Shown: positions 34,806 through 44,586 of the stretch, in pieces
How the letters are laid out: each line of letters starts with the position of its first letter
How positions within the stretch are numbered: the stretch's first letter is position 1
Virus record (IMG/VR): IMGVR_UViG_3300029822_000480
Span: 1-50,463 of that record
Reading direction: 5' to 3' (one strand)
From: a virus
Lineage: Duplodnaviria > Caudoviricetes
DNA length: 50,463 nucleotides
Notes under the pieces: model-generated
Told to the model about the DNA's origin: nothing
What the model saw: only the letters and a program-made list of their open reading frames with translations
Databases searched by the model: none
Translations under genes and position numbers: made by a program

Positions 34806-35714
34806 TTAATTAGTAATGTCATTTTTAGATAAATCAAATAATGTAAGAGGATTATTAAAGAAATCTCTTTTAGATAATTGATTTTTATTATGTTTACCTG
34901 TATTTTCGCCCTTTTCTTTCCTTTCTTTAAATGTTTTTGCAACAAAATGTTTATCAATTTCTTCTTTTAATTTTCTATACTCAGATTGTGAATTTATTAA
35001 TCGTTCTTTAGAAAATTCTATGTATTCTTTAGATATTTCTATGCCAATATAATTTTTATTTAGTAATTTTGCTGCAACTAACGTAGTTCCACTACCAGAA
35101 TAAGGGTCAATGACTATTGCATCAGAATTGTTAGTTAAAGAATGAATTATTCTTGCTGGTAATTCTATAGGAAAAGGAGCTGGGTGTGGATTTTGTCTTT
35201 CTGGAGGAAATCTCCAAATAGAAGTAAGTAATGAATGTTTAGATAGAAGTTCTTCTCCTATTTTATTGTTATTAATAGGCTTGTATAACCAGTAAATTCT
35301 TTCATCTATTTGCCAAAATCTCCATCCTCTAATATTTGCAGCAATCATTCTGTCCCAAATAATTTCTTGTCTTAAAGTCCATTTTGTTTTTAATATCCAC
35401 TCTACAGGATGAAACATTATCCCTTTTTCCCATCTTATTTTATGATTGTAAAAAAAAGACCCTCCAGGCTTTATTACTCTAAATAATTCATTCAGAACAT
35501 TAATTTGATTGTTTTGATAAGTGGACTCGTCTACACTATCAATAATACTATCATATAACACATTTTTAACCAGCCAGCCCTTGTTTTTTTCTCCTTTATT
35601 GTAAGGAGGAGAAGTAATTCCAATGTCTATTGAGTTAGAGGGGATTTTTTTTAAAGCTTTAAATGTATCATCATTAATAATTGTATTTATAAATTCACTC
35701 ATTTTGTTTAGCAT
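34806..35714 (-). CDS. N4C/N6A DNA methyltransferase (beta class)
   Basis: TSPPYN motif IV, HPAPFP and DPYSGSGTT motif I; the start may be 35702. Confidence 0.9.
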   Translation of the reverse strand: MLNKMSEFINTIINDDTFKALKKIPSNSIDIGITSPPYNKGEKNKGWLVKNVLYDSIIDSVDESTYQNNQINVLNELFRVIKPGGSFFYNHKIRWEKGIMFHPVEWILKTKWTLRQEIIWDRMIAANIRGWRFWQIDERIYWLYKPINNNKIGEELLSKHSLLTSIWRFPPERQNPHPAPFPIELPARIIHSLTNNSDAIVIDPYSGSGTTLVAAKLLNKNYIGIEISKEYIEFSKERLINSQSEYRKLKEEIDKHFVAKTFKERKEKGENTGKHNKNQLSKRDFFNNPLTLFDLSKNDITN

Positions 35715-35768
35715 TATCTTGATAAGTCTTCTTAGGATAAATTATTGGTATTGGTGTTTTTGCGTCTA

Positions 35769-36197
35769 TCATAAGTCTATTTGTTTTTCTTTAATACACC
35801 ATTTAAGCATTTCGAATAAGGCGTCAATTAGTTTAAATTCTACATACCCATTAATAGAAATACCGTTATCACAATAATCTACATAATGTTTACTTATTTC
35901 TAAGGAGTAATTTTTGTGTATTGTTTCAGGCAAAACTTCAATCATATCTCCAATAGTCAGGGTAGGGATAGGCTCTAAACTTGCACTCTCATAACAAAAT
36001 TCATCAAGAATAGATAAACTATATTCTTTTTCGTAAGGCTCTTCATCTGAGGTATAAGCTACCCAACACATTGAAGCGTTTTTTTCTACGTTAAATCCTA
36101 ACTCTTGGAGTTCTTGGACTTGTTCAATACTTAATACTTGTTCTTCCATATTAATTCTGTTTAAAATAATTCTTGTTGATTTTGTTTTGCAGCCCAA
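35769..36197 (-). CDS. Hypothetical phage protein
   Basis: QVLSIEQ..L.ELG...IPTLT..D..E.LP...LIDA.FEML.W pattern; the real start is probably MEEQV at 36149. Confidence 0.7.
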   Translation of the reverse strand: MGCKTKSTRIILNRINMEEQVLSIEQVQELQELGFNVEKNASMCWVAYTSDEEPYEKEYSLSILDEFCYESASLEPIPTLTIGDMIEVLPETIHKNYSLEISKHYVDYCDNGISINGYVEFKLIDALFEMLKWCIKEKQIDL

Positions 36198-37040
36198 TCT
36201 CTTAAATTTTCTTTACTTACCCACCATTCAAATACTTCATCTGCATTCATTCGTCTACCATTAATAGTAACCTGATTAAGAAAATCTTCTTTGTTATCTA
36301 AAATATATTGAATGCTTTTCTTTATCTGCTTTTCAATTCTTGGATATTTTTTTCTGTCTTTTGTTATGCTTTTTTTATTAGCCATAGGGCAAAAAATACA
36401 ACCTATACGTTTATATCCTTCATCATACAATTGGCAGTAATCCATTTCTTGTTCTCTAATAAAATTCCAAATATCTTTATCTGTCCAATGGAAGATAGGC
36501 ATTATTAAAATTTTATCTTTACCTTTAACGCAAGTATGACTTAATTCCTCGTTTCTATTAAATTGGTCTAATAATTCAGTATTATCTTTATGCCCTTGAA
36601 TTTCTATTTCTTTTCTTTTTGCTCTCCTTGCACTTTCTGCCGCCCTTACTCCAACTAATGTTGTTGTTCCTGCACCTGCTTGCTCTTTTAAATAAGCACA
36701 ACAATATCTAATCCTCATTGTTGGTAACATTTTTTTTCTTTTTAATCAACTCATAAAAATTTATATCAGGTCTATTAAGTTTTACTTGTGGATAGTTTTT
36801 CCTTATGTATCTCATAAGTTCAGGAGGGTCGATAGTTGTTACAGACATTTCGGCAAAGAATTTAACCTTTGCTAATTCTGCAATACGATACAATACTATA
36901 CTATCTTTTCCCCCGCTAAAAGCTAAGTGAAATCCATTTTCATTCATAGATAAAGCCATCTTTTCAGCTTTTTGAAGTAAGTTTATAGAGTATTTTATTT
37001 TATTGTCTAAAGACTTGGATACAGAATATTGTTTTTCCAT
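36161..37040 (-). pseudogene. PAPS-reductase-family PP-loop protein split by one extra A in an A8 run
   Basis: The N-part has AFSGGKDS; the C-part has RYCC..LKE, GVRAAES.RR, PIFHW and RIGCIFCP. Removing one A at 36730-36737 gives IKKKKMLPT continuously. Confidence 0.85.
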
Positions 37041-37042
37041 AA

Positions 37043-37062
37043 TTTACAATTGTTGTTTATAG
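37043..37062. repeat. 20-bp direct repeat, copy 1 (other copy 37575-37594)
   Basis: TTTACAATTGTTGTTTATAG is identical at both positions. Confidence 0.85.
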
Positions 37063-37129
37063 CTCATATTATGATATTTTTCATACTCTTTACGTGAGAC
37101 TTTTCCTAAATATGTTCTGTATCCCATGA

Positions 37130-37531
37130 TTATTCCTTTTTACCTATTTTATTAATTAATTCAGGGTTGTCGTGAATATTGCCGATAATTTCTATTCTAT
37201 CTTGCCAATATTCCAATCCAACTGTTGATTTATTACTAATTTGTCTCCCTTGAAATCCTGAATCAATCCATTCAACTACATATAGTATTGTTTTATCTCC
37301 TAAAAGGAAGATATCTCCTTCATAAATTTCAACTCCATTTTTATCTTTTAATCCTGTAAATTGTCCTGTTGTTTCAGGGATAACTACTCCATTATGAGCA
37401 TTAAAATCCCTAATACTATCTTTATCTGAAAATATACAAGGAGTTCTGTTGCCCCCTAATCTTAATAAATCTCCAAATAACCATTCGTTATTCAGCTTAC
37501 TTTTGCCTCTAAATTTTATTTCTCTTTGCAT
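37130..37531 (-). CDS. YopX-family protein
   Basis: MQREIKFRGK, GQFTGLKDKNG.EIYEGDI and EIIGNIHDNPEL signature. Confidence 0.9.
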   Translation of the reverse strand: MQREIKFRGKSKLNNEWLFGDLLRLGGNRTPCIFSDKDSIRDFNAHNGVVIPETTGQFTGLKDKNGVEIYEGDIFLLGDKTILYVVEWIDSGFQGRQISNKSTVGLEYWQDRIEIIGNIHDNPELINKIGKKE

Positions 37532-37574
37532 AATGTTATTTATTTAATAATTCTGTTTTCCCTTTGTTTATCGT

Positions 37575-37594
37575 TTTACAATTGTTGTTTATAG
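37575..37594. repeat. 20-bp direct repeat, copy 2
   Basis: Same sequence as 37043-37062. Confidence 0.85.
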
Positions 37595-37998
37595 TTAATA
37601 TTATTATTACTTTTATTAATCTCTGCTAAGCATTTATCAAGTTCAGTAGGATAAACAACCTCTTCATCTTTAATCAAATCTTTAAGTCTTTGATTTCTCT
37701 CTTCTCTTTCTCTTCGGATTTCTTCGCTTGTTCTCTTTGGTATATACCTATATGAGTATTGTTTATTCTCAATTATCCTATGAACAATAAACCAAGAAAC
37801 TTCTAATTTTCTTGCTATCTCTGCTTTGATTAAGCCTTGTTTATAGAGCTCTTTTATTTCTTCAGTTATCTTATTGTTGTGTTGAAGGATATTACCAATT
37901 GTAGAAATTGAAACCTTTAAAGTATATGAAATATCAGTCTTAGTTCTCCCGTTATAGTACATTTCTTTTATCTGTTCTTTTGTTTCTTCTGTTATCAT
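37576..37998 (-). CDS. Tandem-HTH DNA-binding protein
   Basis: Two repeats of I.E.Y..G.....I...L.VS...I..I. Confidence 0.7.
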   Translation of the reverse strand: MITEETKEQIKEMYYNGRTKTDISYTLKVSISTIGNILQHNNKITEEIKELYKQGLIKAEIARKLEVSWFIVHRIIENKQYSYRYIPKRTSEEIRREREERNQRLKDLIKDEEVVYPTELDKCLAEINKSNNNINYKQQL

Positions 37999-38029
37999 TT
38001 TAGTTTGGAATTTAAATTATTAAACAATA

Positions 38030-38443
38030 TTATCTATTAAAAACCATCATTGCGGCATCTCGTGAATGCTCATTTGTTATGCCTAAATACCCTGTTAAAT
38101 TCTTAAAAGATTGAGCATTTACCTTAGTCCTTAAGTTTTTCGGGTTAAGCATTCTATAATCTATGTTTTCTTCTTTCAAAAAGTCTTCCCAAATCTTACA
38201 ATCTCTTTTCACGCTACCTGCTCCTTGAAGTTTAGCATTTGAATTATTGCCATACCATTTTCTTTGCCTTGCATCTTCAACATAAATTTTCACATTAAGA
38301 ACACCATAATAGACTACTAACTCTTTAACTCTTTGGAGGGCTTGCGTGATTGAATAACATTTGATTTCCACAAATGCTTTTGCTTCACTATCCCACACTG
38401 CAAAGCCTGTATTTGTTCCTGTGTCAATTCCAATATAAATCAT
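38030..38443 (-). CDS. RuvC-like Holliday junction resolvase
   Basis: YIGIDTG..TGFAVW, VED and EH.RDAAM RNase H-fold motifs. Confidence 0.8.
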   Translation of the reverse strand: MIYIGIDTGTNTGFAVWDSEAKAFVEIKCYSITQALQRVKELVVYYGVLNVKIYVEDARQRKWYGNNSNAKLQGAGSVKRDCKIWEDFLKEENIDYRMLNPKNLRTKVNAQSFKNLTGYLGITNEHSRDAAMMVFNR

Positions 38444-39249
38444 ACCTCTTTTAATATTTTTAATTCTAATTTTTCTATTTTTTGTTCTTTCATTTTTTGG
38501 AAGTAAATTTTTACAAGCTCGATTTTATTTATAAAACCAAATGTTTCGTATTTGCGAATATCTGTTTTGAGAATATCTGATATTGTTTTTATATCGCCCA
38601 TATCAAGATGTTTTTTAGCATCAGCTAATTTACTTTCAGCTATTTTTCTTGTTTTGTTTTTTGCAATTAATTCTGCTTGTTTTATTTCTTTGTCAGTCCA
38701 TTCGTATATCTCATTTTCAAGTAAGAATTGAAATATTTCATTTCTATAATCAAACAAATAATCGTGCTCTAAAAAATCCTCATATTTATTTTGGATATAT
38801 GAAATCATTTTTTCTTCATCCGTCCTTTTATCTTCAATTTGAGGAGTGTTTCTTAATTTTTTAAGTTCTATTTGCCTTTCTTTATTTTTTCTGTTTATTT
38901 CAAACAAATGGTCTTTCAAGATGTTTGTAAGTTCTTTTACCGAAACGTTGTAATTCTCTCCATAACCCTCATTGTGTAAAGTATCTGCAATAAGCCAAAT
39001 GCTCACGTATTGGAATTTCTTTTTTAAGTCCTCATAAAAAAGCATTGCCGTTGTTTTAATTTTCTCTTTGTCTATGTTTAAGCCTTTGTATGTATAGGCT
39101 TTTGTAATAATTTCATTACATTTATCCATTAAAAAATCCTCTTCTCTTGTGTAGTTGTAACATTGTGGGTCGTATTTCAAAAAATGATTACGCTCCGCAG
39201 CTGTCATTTGCTCTACTTGGCTTTTTGTAATCAATCCTGTTTCTTTCAT
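38440..39249 (-). CDS. Hypothetical protein, probably replication-associated
   Basis: Overlaps the end of the initiator gene, in the position of a lambda P-like partner; no motif recognised. Confidence 0.6.
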   Translation of the reverse strand: MKETGLITKSQVEQMTAAERNHFLKYDPQCYNYTREEDFLMDKCNEIITKAYTYKGLNIDKEKIKTTAMLFYEDLKKKFQYVSIWLIADTLHNEGYGENYNVSVKELTNILKDHLFEINRKNKERQIELKKLRNTPQIEDKRTDEEKMISYIQNKYEDFLEHDYLFDYRNEIFQFLLENEIYEWTDKEIKQAELIAKNKTRKIAESKLADAKKHLDMGDIKTISDILKTDIRKYETFGFINKIELVKIYFQKMKEQKIEKLELKILKEV

Positions 39250-40331
39250 TATCCTAAAATCTTACTTAATGGTATTCCTGCATTAAATTGTTTGTAAAAA
39301 TCGCTATCTTCTTCTTTTTTTGTCATCGTAGATTTGAGTTTCTTTTTTTTCTTAACCCAATGGAAAAAATGCTTTTCTAAGCTTTGTTCTAAAAACACTA
39401 TGCTTATTTTGTCTGCGTGCTCTCGGCTTTGCTCTTGTTCTTGGATGAAGTCGTTAAGTAATTGCTCTAAGTCTTGTTTTGTTTTGCCGTGTGTTATGCA
39501 AATTTCCTCAAAACGTTTTGTGTTTTTGTAGTTTTCTTGCCAATTGAGTAAGTTTTTGGAAAACTCATCGCTTTTTGGGAAAACTTTTTTTTCGCAACTT
39601 TTTTGAAAGGGTATTTTTTCAGTTTCTAAGATTTCAATTTCATTTTCTGGAATTTCTAAAATTTCAATTTCATTTTTTTTTGAAAAATTTTCTTCCTCAT
39701 GCGTGCGTGTATGCGTATGCGTGTGTGTGTGCGGTAAAACACACGCAGTGGGTTTTACTTTTTCTTTGTTTATTTCTTTTTCTTTATAAGGGGGGTGTGG
39801 GGGGGAATTTTCTTTTTCTTTGTTTATTTCTTTTTGTTGCGATACGTTTGCGATAGCATTGCAATCGCATTGCGATACTTTTTCATCGCATTGCGATACT
39901 TTTGCGATAACACTTTGATTTTCAAGGGTGTTTTTTTGAGTTATTTCGGTGGTGTTTTCGTTTTTATTCCACCTTGCTTGATTGCCAAGTTTTCCAGCTT
40001 CGGAGCGTTTTTTAGATTTTACATCTTTAATTGCCATTCTTTTTAAAAGGCTTTCGGAATAGAAATGCTTACCATTTTCAGTAAAGATAAATAGCCCAAA
40101 TTCCTCTATAACGGCTTTTACTTTGTCTGCACTTGTACGAAAGTCAAAAGCTAAAATATTATAATCTTTGACGCTCATATAGTCAGAATTTTCCATAAGT
40201 CGCTCTAAAATCATAAAATAAATACCATATCCCTCAACCCCAAGTCTCATCCGCATAGCGAGAATTTTCTCATCATTACGAGCATTACTATCGTGGTTGA
40301 AATTCCTTGTTATATTTATTTTTTTTGCCAT
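39249..40331 (-). CDS. Replication initiator (DUF4373/Lin1244-like N-terminus, lambda O-like layout)
   Basis: FNHDSNARNDEKI..MR...G.EGYGIYF.ILE.L and KRSEAGK.G..ARW; repetitive central region. Confidence 0.8.
   Translation of the reverse strand: MAKKINITRNFNHDSNARNDEKILAMRMRLGVEGYGIYFMILERLMENSDYMSVKDYNILAFDFRTSADKVKAVIEEFGLFIFTENGKHFYSESLLKRMAIKDVKSKKRSEAGKLGNQARWNKNENTTEITQKNTLENQSVIAKVSQCDEKVSQCDCNAIANVSQQKEINKEKENSPPHPPYKEKEINKEKVKPTACVLPHTHTHTHTRTHEEENFSKKNEIEILEIPENEIEILETEKIPFQKSCEKKVFPKSDEFSKNLLNWQENYKNTKRFEEICITHGKTKQDLEQLLNDFIQEQEQSREHADKISIVFLEQSLEKHFFHWVKKKKKLKSTMTKKEEDSDFYKQFNAGIPLSKILG
39837..39910. repeat. Putative origin iterons (TTGCGATA x5) inside the initiator gene
   Basis: Five TTGCGATA copies, two within ATCGCATTGCGAT near-palindromes, next to duplicated T-rich tracts. 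Confidence 0.7.
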
Positions 40332-40333
40332 AA

Positions 40334-40723
40334 TTAATACCCTTGTTTTGTTAATCTTAATTCCTCTTTTGCAAAAGAAATCTGCGTCCTTGTGTTATCT
40401 CCTGTATGAACTAATGCCCTATTAATCCTATCAAGCCAATTGACTAAATAATTAATTTCATAGGTTTGAGAATTAATAAACTTAGTTGCTATTGTTGCAG
40501 GCATTTTAAGAATGAGATTATTATATGCTGAATACATCGCACTAATCTCTTTATCTTGGATTAGTTTTGCATCTGCCAAAGATTTCCCACTAATAGCTAA
40601 GTATGTATTAATAGTCCCTAATCTATCAACAAGAGCATTTGGGCTTTCGTCATAGTCCTCTTCCAAAAAATCCTGTATTTTTTGAGCAATAAGTTTTAAT
40701 TTATCTAATTCTTCGTTGTGCAT
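40334..40723 (-). CDS. Hypothetical helical protein
   Basis: 129-aa ORF in the recombination/replication operon. Confidence 0.7.
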   Translation of the reverse strand: MHNEELDKLKLIAQKIQDFLEEDYDESPNALVDRLGTINTYLAISGKSLADAKLIQDKEISAMYSAYNNLILKMPATIATKFINSQTYEINYLVNWLDRINRALVHTGDNTRTQISFAKEELRLTKQGY

Positions 40724-40728
40724 ATGGT

Positions 40729-41469
40729 CTAAAAAGGAGTTTTATCAATAGTTAATTCAATACCTCTTTTTGCAATAGTTACCCTCTTGCCTGTAAGTAA
40801 TTCAATCTCTTTTTTAAATAGCTTTTCATCTCCATTATCTTTTGAAATATGGAGTAAGATTATATTATTTACATTCGTTAAGTCATTTGCTTTAAGAGTT
40901 TCTTTAAGAGTTTCTAAACTCATATGCGATTGCCTTACTCTCTCTCTCTGAACATTATGTATTTTGCCATTAGATACATTTTCGTTCAATAAAGAAATTG
41001 AATAATTACATTCAATCATAATATTGTTTAGATTTGGAAAGGTGTTTCTTAAATAATAGGTGTCAGTTGCAAATAGCAAAGTCCCTATTTCAGAATGATT
41101 AATAAGAAAGCCTATCGGTTCTTGACAATCGTGCTGGGTATCAAAAGCAAACACTTTAAAACTTCCATATTGGAGTATTTTATATTTCTCAATTGCCAAA
41201 GGCTTTCTATTTCCTTTGATAACAATATTATCAATAGTACCTTTGGAAGACATCACGTCGATTGAGGCTTTAAGATATTGCTCAACATACTTTGAGTGGT
41301 CGCCGTGTTCGTGAGTTACGAAACAACCTACAACCTTGCTAATATTAAAGTCTAATGCTTGCTTTACGTTTTGAATCGTAACGCCTGCCTCAATTATTAA
41401 AGCCTCTTTATCGTTATGTAGCACATAACAATTAGACGATGAACTACTTCCTAAGATAGATAATTTCAT
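40729..41469 (-). CDS. Metallo-beta-lactamase-fold nuclease
   Basis: THEHGDH, HD, ATDT, ECNY, SHMS and LLHIS motifs; partner of RecT. Confidence 0.9.
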   Translation of the reverse strand: MKLSILGSSSSSNCYVLHNDKEALIIEAGVTIQNVKQALDFNISKVVGCFVTHEHGDHSKYVEQYLKASIDVMSSKGTIDNIVIKGNRKPLAIEKYKILQYGSFKVFAFDTQHDCQEPIGFLINHSEIGTLLFATDTYYLRNTFPNLNNIMIECNYSISLLNENVSNGKIHNVQRERVRQSHMSLETLKETLKANDLTNVNNIILLHISKDNGDEKLFKKEIELLTGKRVTIAKRGIELTIDKTPF

Positions 41470-41471
41470 TA

Positions 41472-42362
41472 TTAAAAGATTGGAAGGGTTTCTAACTTAA
41501 CTGCCTTGATTGGTGTTTTTTCTTGACTTGGAGCGTCTTTTTCTTCCTCTGTTGTAGTTTGTATTTCCTGTTCCTCAAAAGCTGTTATAACTTCTTTATT
41601 GCCGTTGTTTTCTATCTCTTCAGCAACAACAATATCTGTATCGTTATCAACGTACTTGTTCCCTTTCTCTGTGATGATTGATTGGTCGTTGATAATTGCT
41701 GACTGCATTTCAACAGATAGTGGAGCAAATCGAGATAATAAGAGCTTAAGAACTGTCTTTTTAGCCATTGCTTCAAAGTCTGTATTCCACTTGCTCGACT
41801 TTTGAACATATTGATTGCTGCTGGAATACGTTTGACTATATTTTTTTGCGTGTTTTTCAATACTTTCAACTGTAGAGTATAGAGTTTTTTCAAAACCATT
41901 AATTAGTCTAAAGTAAGCTGCATAACCAATGGTCTTTAATTCCTCCCGATTAGGAAGTGCCTTAAACTTAACCTCGCCACTAAGCATATCCCACTCTATC
42001 AACTCGCCCTCTTTCACTTCAGTTACATTGATTGTCTTGAATTGTCCACTTCTTATTGCAAGCTGAATGAACCCTTTGTAACCCATTTGAAACTGTGCTT
42101 CAATTTTATTTTCTCTATTATTTCTAAATGGTATCACGTAAGCAAAACCTAAGTTTGCATCTAAAGGCAAGTCAAGAGCTGTTGCTTTAATTCCTGCATG
42201 CATCAGACTTAATGGCTCACATTCTTGTAACTTTTGATTGTTTGACACTAAAGCTGTGATATTATTCACAAAGCTATTTTTCTTTTCGGATAAGACATTT
42301 TGCAGATATTCCTGTGTCTTAGGATTTGTAATAGTTCGATTGAACTGCGTTAAATCACTCAT
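41472..42362 (-). CDS. recT: RecT-family single-strand annealing protein
   Basis: LGFAYVIPF, AQFQMGYKGFIQLAIRSGQ and W..DFEAMAKKTV motifs. Confidence 0.9.
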   Translation of the reverse strand: MSDLTQFNRTITNPKTQEYLQNVLSEKKNSFVNNITALVSNNQKLQECEPLSLMHAGIKATALDLPLDANLGFAYVIPFRNNRENKIEAQFQMGYKGFIQLAIRSGQFKTINVTEVKEGELIEWDMLSGEVKFKALPNREELKTIGYAAYFRLINGFEKTLYSTVESIEKHAKKYSQTYSSSNQYVQKSSKWNTDFEAMAKKTVLKLLLSRFAPLSVEMQSAIINDQSIITEKGNKYVDNDTDIVVAEEIENNGNKEVITAFEEQEIQTTTEEEKDAPSQEKTPIKAVKLETLPIF

Positions 42363-42387
42363 AATATTCTTGTTTTTTGTTGGTTTA

Positions 42388-44313
42388 TTAAATTATATTT
42401 ACTTGTAGTTTTTCGCCTTTGGCAACTTCCATAGTGATAAGTTGAGAATTAATTTTTGGAAGGATTTCTAAACTTTCAAATCTGTCAATAAACAAAGGCA
42501 GAGAAAGGTCAAAGGCTTTGCTTAGCCCATTAATTACGTCTGTTCCGATTGCCATTGTCATCCCCTCGTTGGTTTCTGAATAAGGAACTCCATTCACAAG
42601 AGCCTCACAAATTGACTTTTCTCCGTCGTTGGTTTTGTTTGCTTCATACATCTTCCAAGTAACCATTTGGAAGTATGAGGAAACAGATTCTTCAATTTTG
42701 TTAATTCTGTACTTTTGGAAGTCTGTAATTTCAAATTCTGCTTTCTCAAGGTCTGATATTGTTTGAGCCAATTCTTTGCTTCTTAAATTAAGCTCTTCTT
42801 GAAATTTTGCAATTCTTGAATTAGTATCTCTTTGGGATAGCTTTTTAATTACTTCCTCTAATTCTTGCTTTAGCTCTTGCTTTCTTGTCTTGTATTCATC
42901 ATTTGTAGAATTATCTTCTGTTGAAACTTCTTCAAGCTGTTCAACTATTGATTTCTCTGCTGCTAATAGAGTGTTGTACTCTTTATCTTCCTTAAGTGCG
43001 TAGCCAAGTTCAGGAACTTCATTTAATTGCTCATTTGCTTTTTTAAGCTGTTCTTGTTGGTCAGCAATAAAATTCCTCTTATCCTCGACTAAAAGAGTTA
43101 TCTTGTTTTTCTGTGCAATCAAATTATTTTCTTTTTCTTTAACTATTGTGCCCTCATCCTCAATAGCTCTTAACCTATTAAGTTTTGCTTGATTGAAGTT
43201 TTCTAATAGATTTTCTAATTTGTCTTGAGGATAAGTTTGTCCACACTCGGAACAGATTAGCGAGCCTGTGTACTCTTTCTCATTTTCTTTTTTCCATTGA
43301 TTACTTTTATCCTCAATCTCTTGAATGGCTTTTTGAATATCCTTATCAACGTTTTCTAACTCTTTGATAGAATTGTTAAGCTGGACAGTATTGCTTTCAA
43401 TTAAGGTCTTTAAAAGATTAATATTGCTTTCAATATTTACTTTCTTTCTATCAATCTCACTTTTGATTTCATTAGCTCTTAAGTTGATTTTGTCAATTAT
43501 TGTACGTTGCTTTGCAAACAAGTCTTTTCTTTCATCAATTAACTCTGTATCAACATTGCTTTGAAGAATATTGTCAATAACTTCAATTGCTTTTTCTTTA
43601 GCTTGCTTTTCTTCTTCAAGCTTGTCAAAGTCATATTCAACTATCAATTTATCTTGTGCGTCTATACGACTTGGGATTTCTTCTAATTCTTGCTTAGATT
43701 TCTTCTTAGATGCTTGTAATTCTCTTTTGTACTCGTCAATATTTTTTCCTTGTTCTAAAGCTTTCTTAACCAAAGGAAAATCATTAGAAAGTTCAATATC
43801 TGAAATATTACCAGCAAGTCCAACAATTATCTTTCTTCTTTCATCAACCTTTAATCTGAAAAAAGAATTAATATCGCTACACATTGCCCAGATATTAATG
43901 TCGCAAATATCATTAAGCTTTTGGTCGTATTCCTTTTTTAATACAGGAACGTTATTATAGAAATACTTTGTGCTTGTGCCTTTAAGTATTTCTTCACTTG
44001 TTCCTCTTGGAACTTGCCAATCTTCGCTTAGTTCTCTTTTGATTATTACTTCGGTATCATTAACACTTAGGGTTAATTCTACCATTGTAACGAGCTTATG
44101 GATAATCTCGCCTTGATTATCTCTTGGCTGAATATTGACTTGCTCGCCTCGTGCATTCTTTCCGAATAAGCACCATAAATAACTTTCATAGATGGAGGAT
44201 TTTTTCTGTGCATTGCCACCTCTAATTTCTGTTTTTGTACCAAAATCAAAGGTTTCATCTTTGATGCCTTTGAAGTTTTGGATTTTTGCTTTTAGTAATT
44301 CTACTTTTGTCAT
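42388..44313 (-). CDS. SbcC/Rad50-like coiled-coil ATPase
   Basis: QNFKGI start, degenerate P-loop GGNAQKKSS, central CSEC zinc hook, PLFIDRFES Walker B-like. Confidence 0.8.
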   Translation of the reverse strand: MTKVELLKAKIQNFKGIKDETFDFGTKTEIRGGNAQKKSSIYESYLWCLFGKNARGEQVNIQPRDNQGEIIHKLVTMVELTLSVNDTEVIIKRELSEDWQVPRGTSEEILKGTSTKYFYNNVPVLKKEYDQKLNDICDINIWAMCSDINSFFRLKVDERRKIIVGLAGNISDIELSNDFPLVKKALEQGKNIDEYKRELQASKKKSKQELEEIPSRIDAQDKLIVEYDFDKLEEEKQAKEKAIEVIDNILQSNVDTELIDERKDLFAKQRTIIDKINLRANEIKSEIDRKKVNIESNINLLKTLIESNTVQLNNSIKELENVDKDIQKAIQEIEDKSNQWKKENEKEYTGSLICSECGQTYPQDKLENLLENFNQAKLNRLRAIEDEGTIVKEKENNLIAQKNKITLLVEDKRNFIADQQEQLKKANEQLNEVPELGYALKEDKEYNTLLAAEKSIVEQLEEVSTEDNSTNDEYKTRKQELKQELEEVIKKLSQRDTNSRIAKFQEELNLRSKELAQTISDLEKAEFEITDFQKYRINKIEESVSSYFQMVTWKMYEANKTNDGEKSICEALVNGVPYSETNEGMTMAIGTDVINGLSKAFDLSLPLFIDRFESLEILPKINSQLITMEVAKGEKLQVNII

Positions 44314-44331
44314 TTTTGTTGTTTTTATTGG

Positions 44332-44565
44332 TTATTGCTTTTCTCCGTAAGGATTTGTCGCATTGAATATCCTTTTTTTAATCCTATCTTCATTGATTAG
44401 AGAATTAATATTTTGAAGTCCTATCTCACAAATAGCACTCTTGTCAATTGCTCTTCCTTCAATTAAAATTTTTATTAATTCATCAACATCATTTGCAAAC
44501 TCATTTTCATTAGTTGCATACATTTCAACTAATCTGCTTTTGTTTTCTTTAATAAAGTCTTTCAT
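44332..44565 (-). CDS. Hypothetical protein
   Basis: 77-aa ORF with the AACCAA-type leader. Confidence 0.65.
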   Translation of the reverse strand: MKDFIKENKSRLVEMYATNENEFANDVDELIKILIEGRAIDKSAICEIGLQNINSLINEDRIKKRIFNATNPYGEKQ

Positions 44566-44586
44566 TTTCTTTTTTGTTTTTGTTGG

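Noticed and set aside
39700-39732. GT/GC dinucleotide tract as a phase-variable microsatellite
   Set aside because: The tract is imperfect and in frame (HTHTHTHTRTH), and such tracts are common in initiator linker/origin regions.
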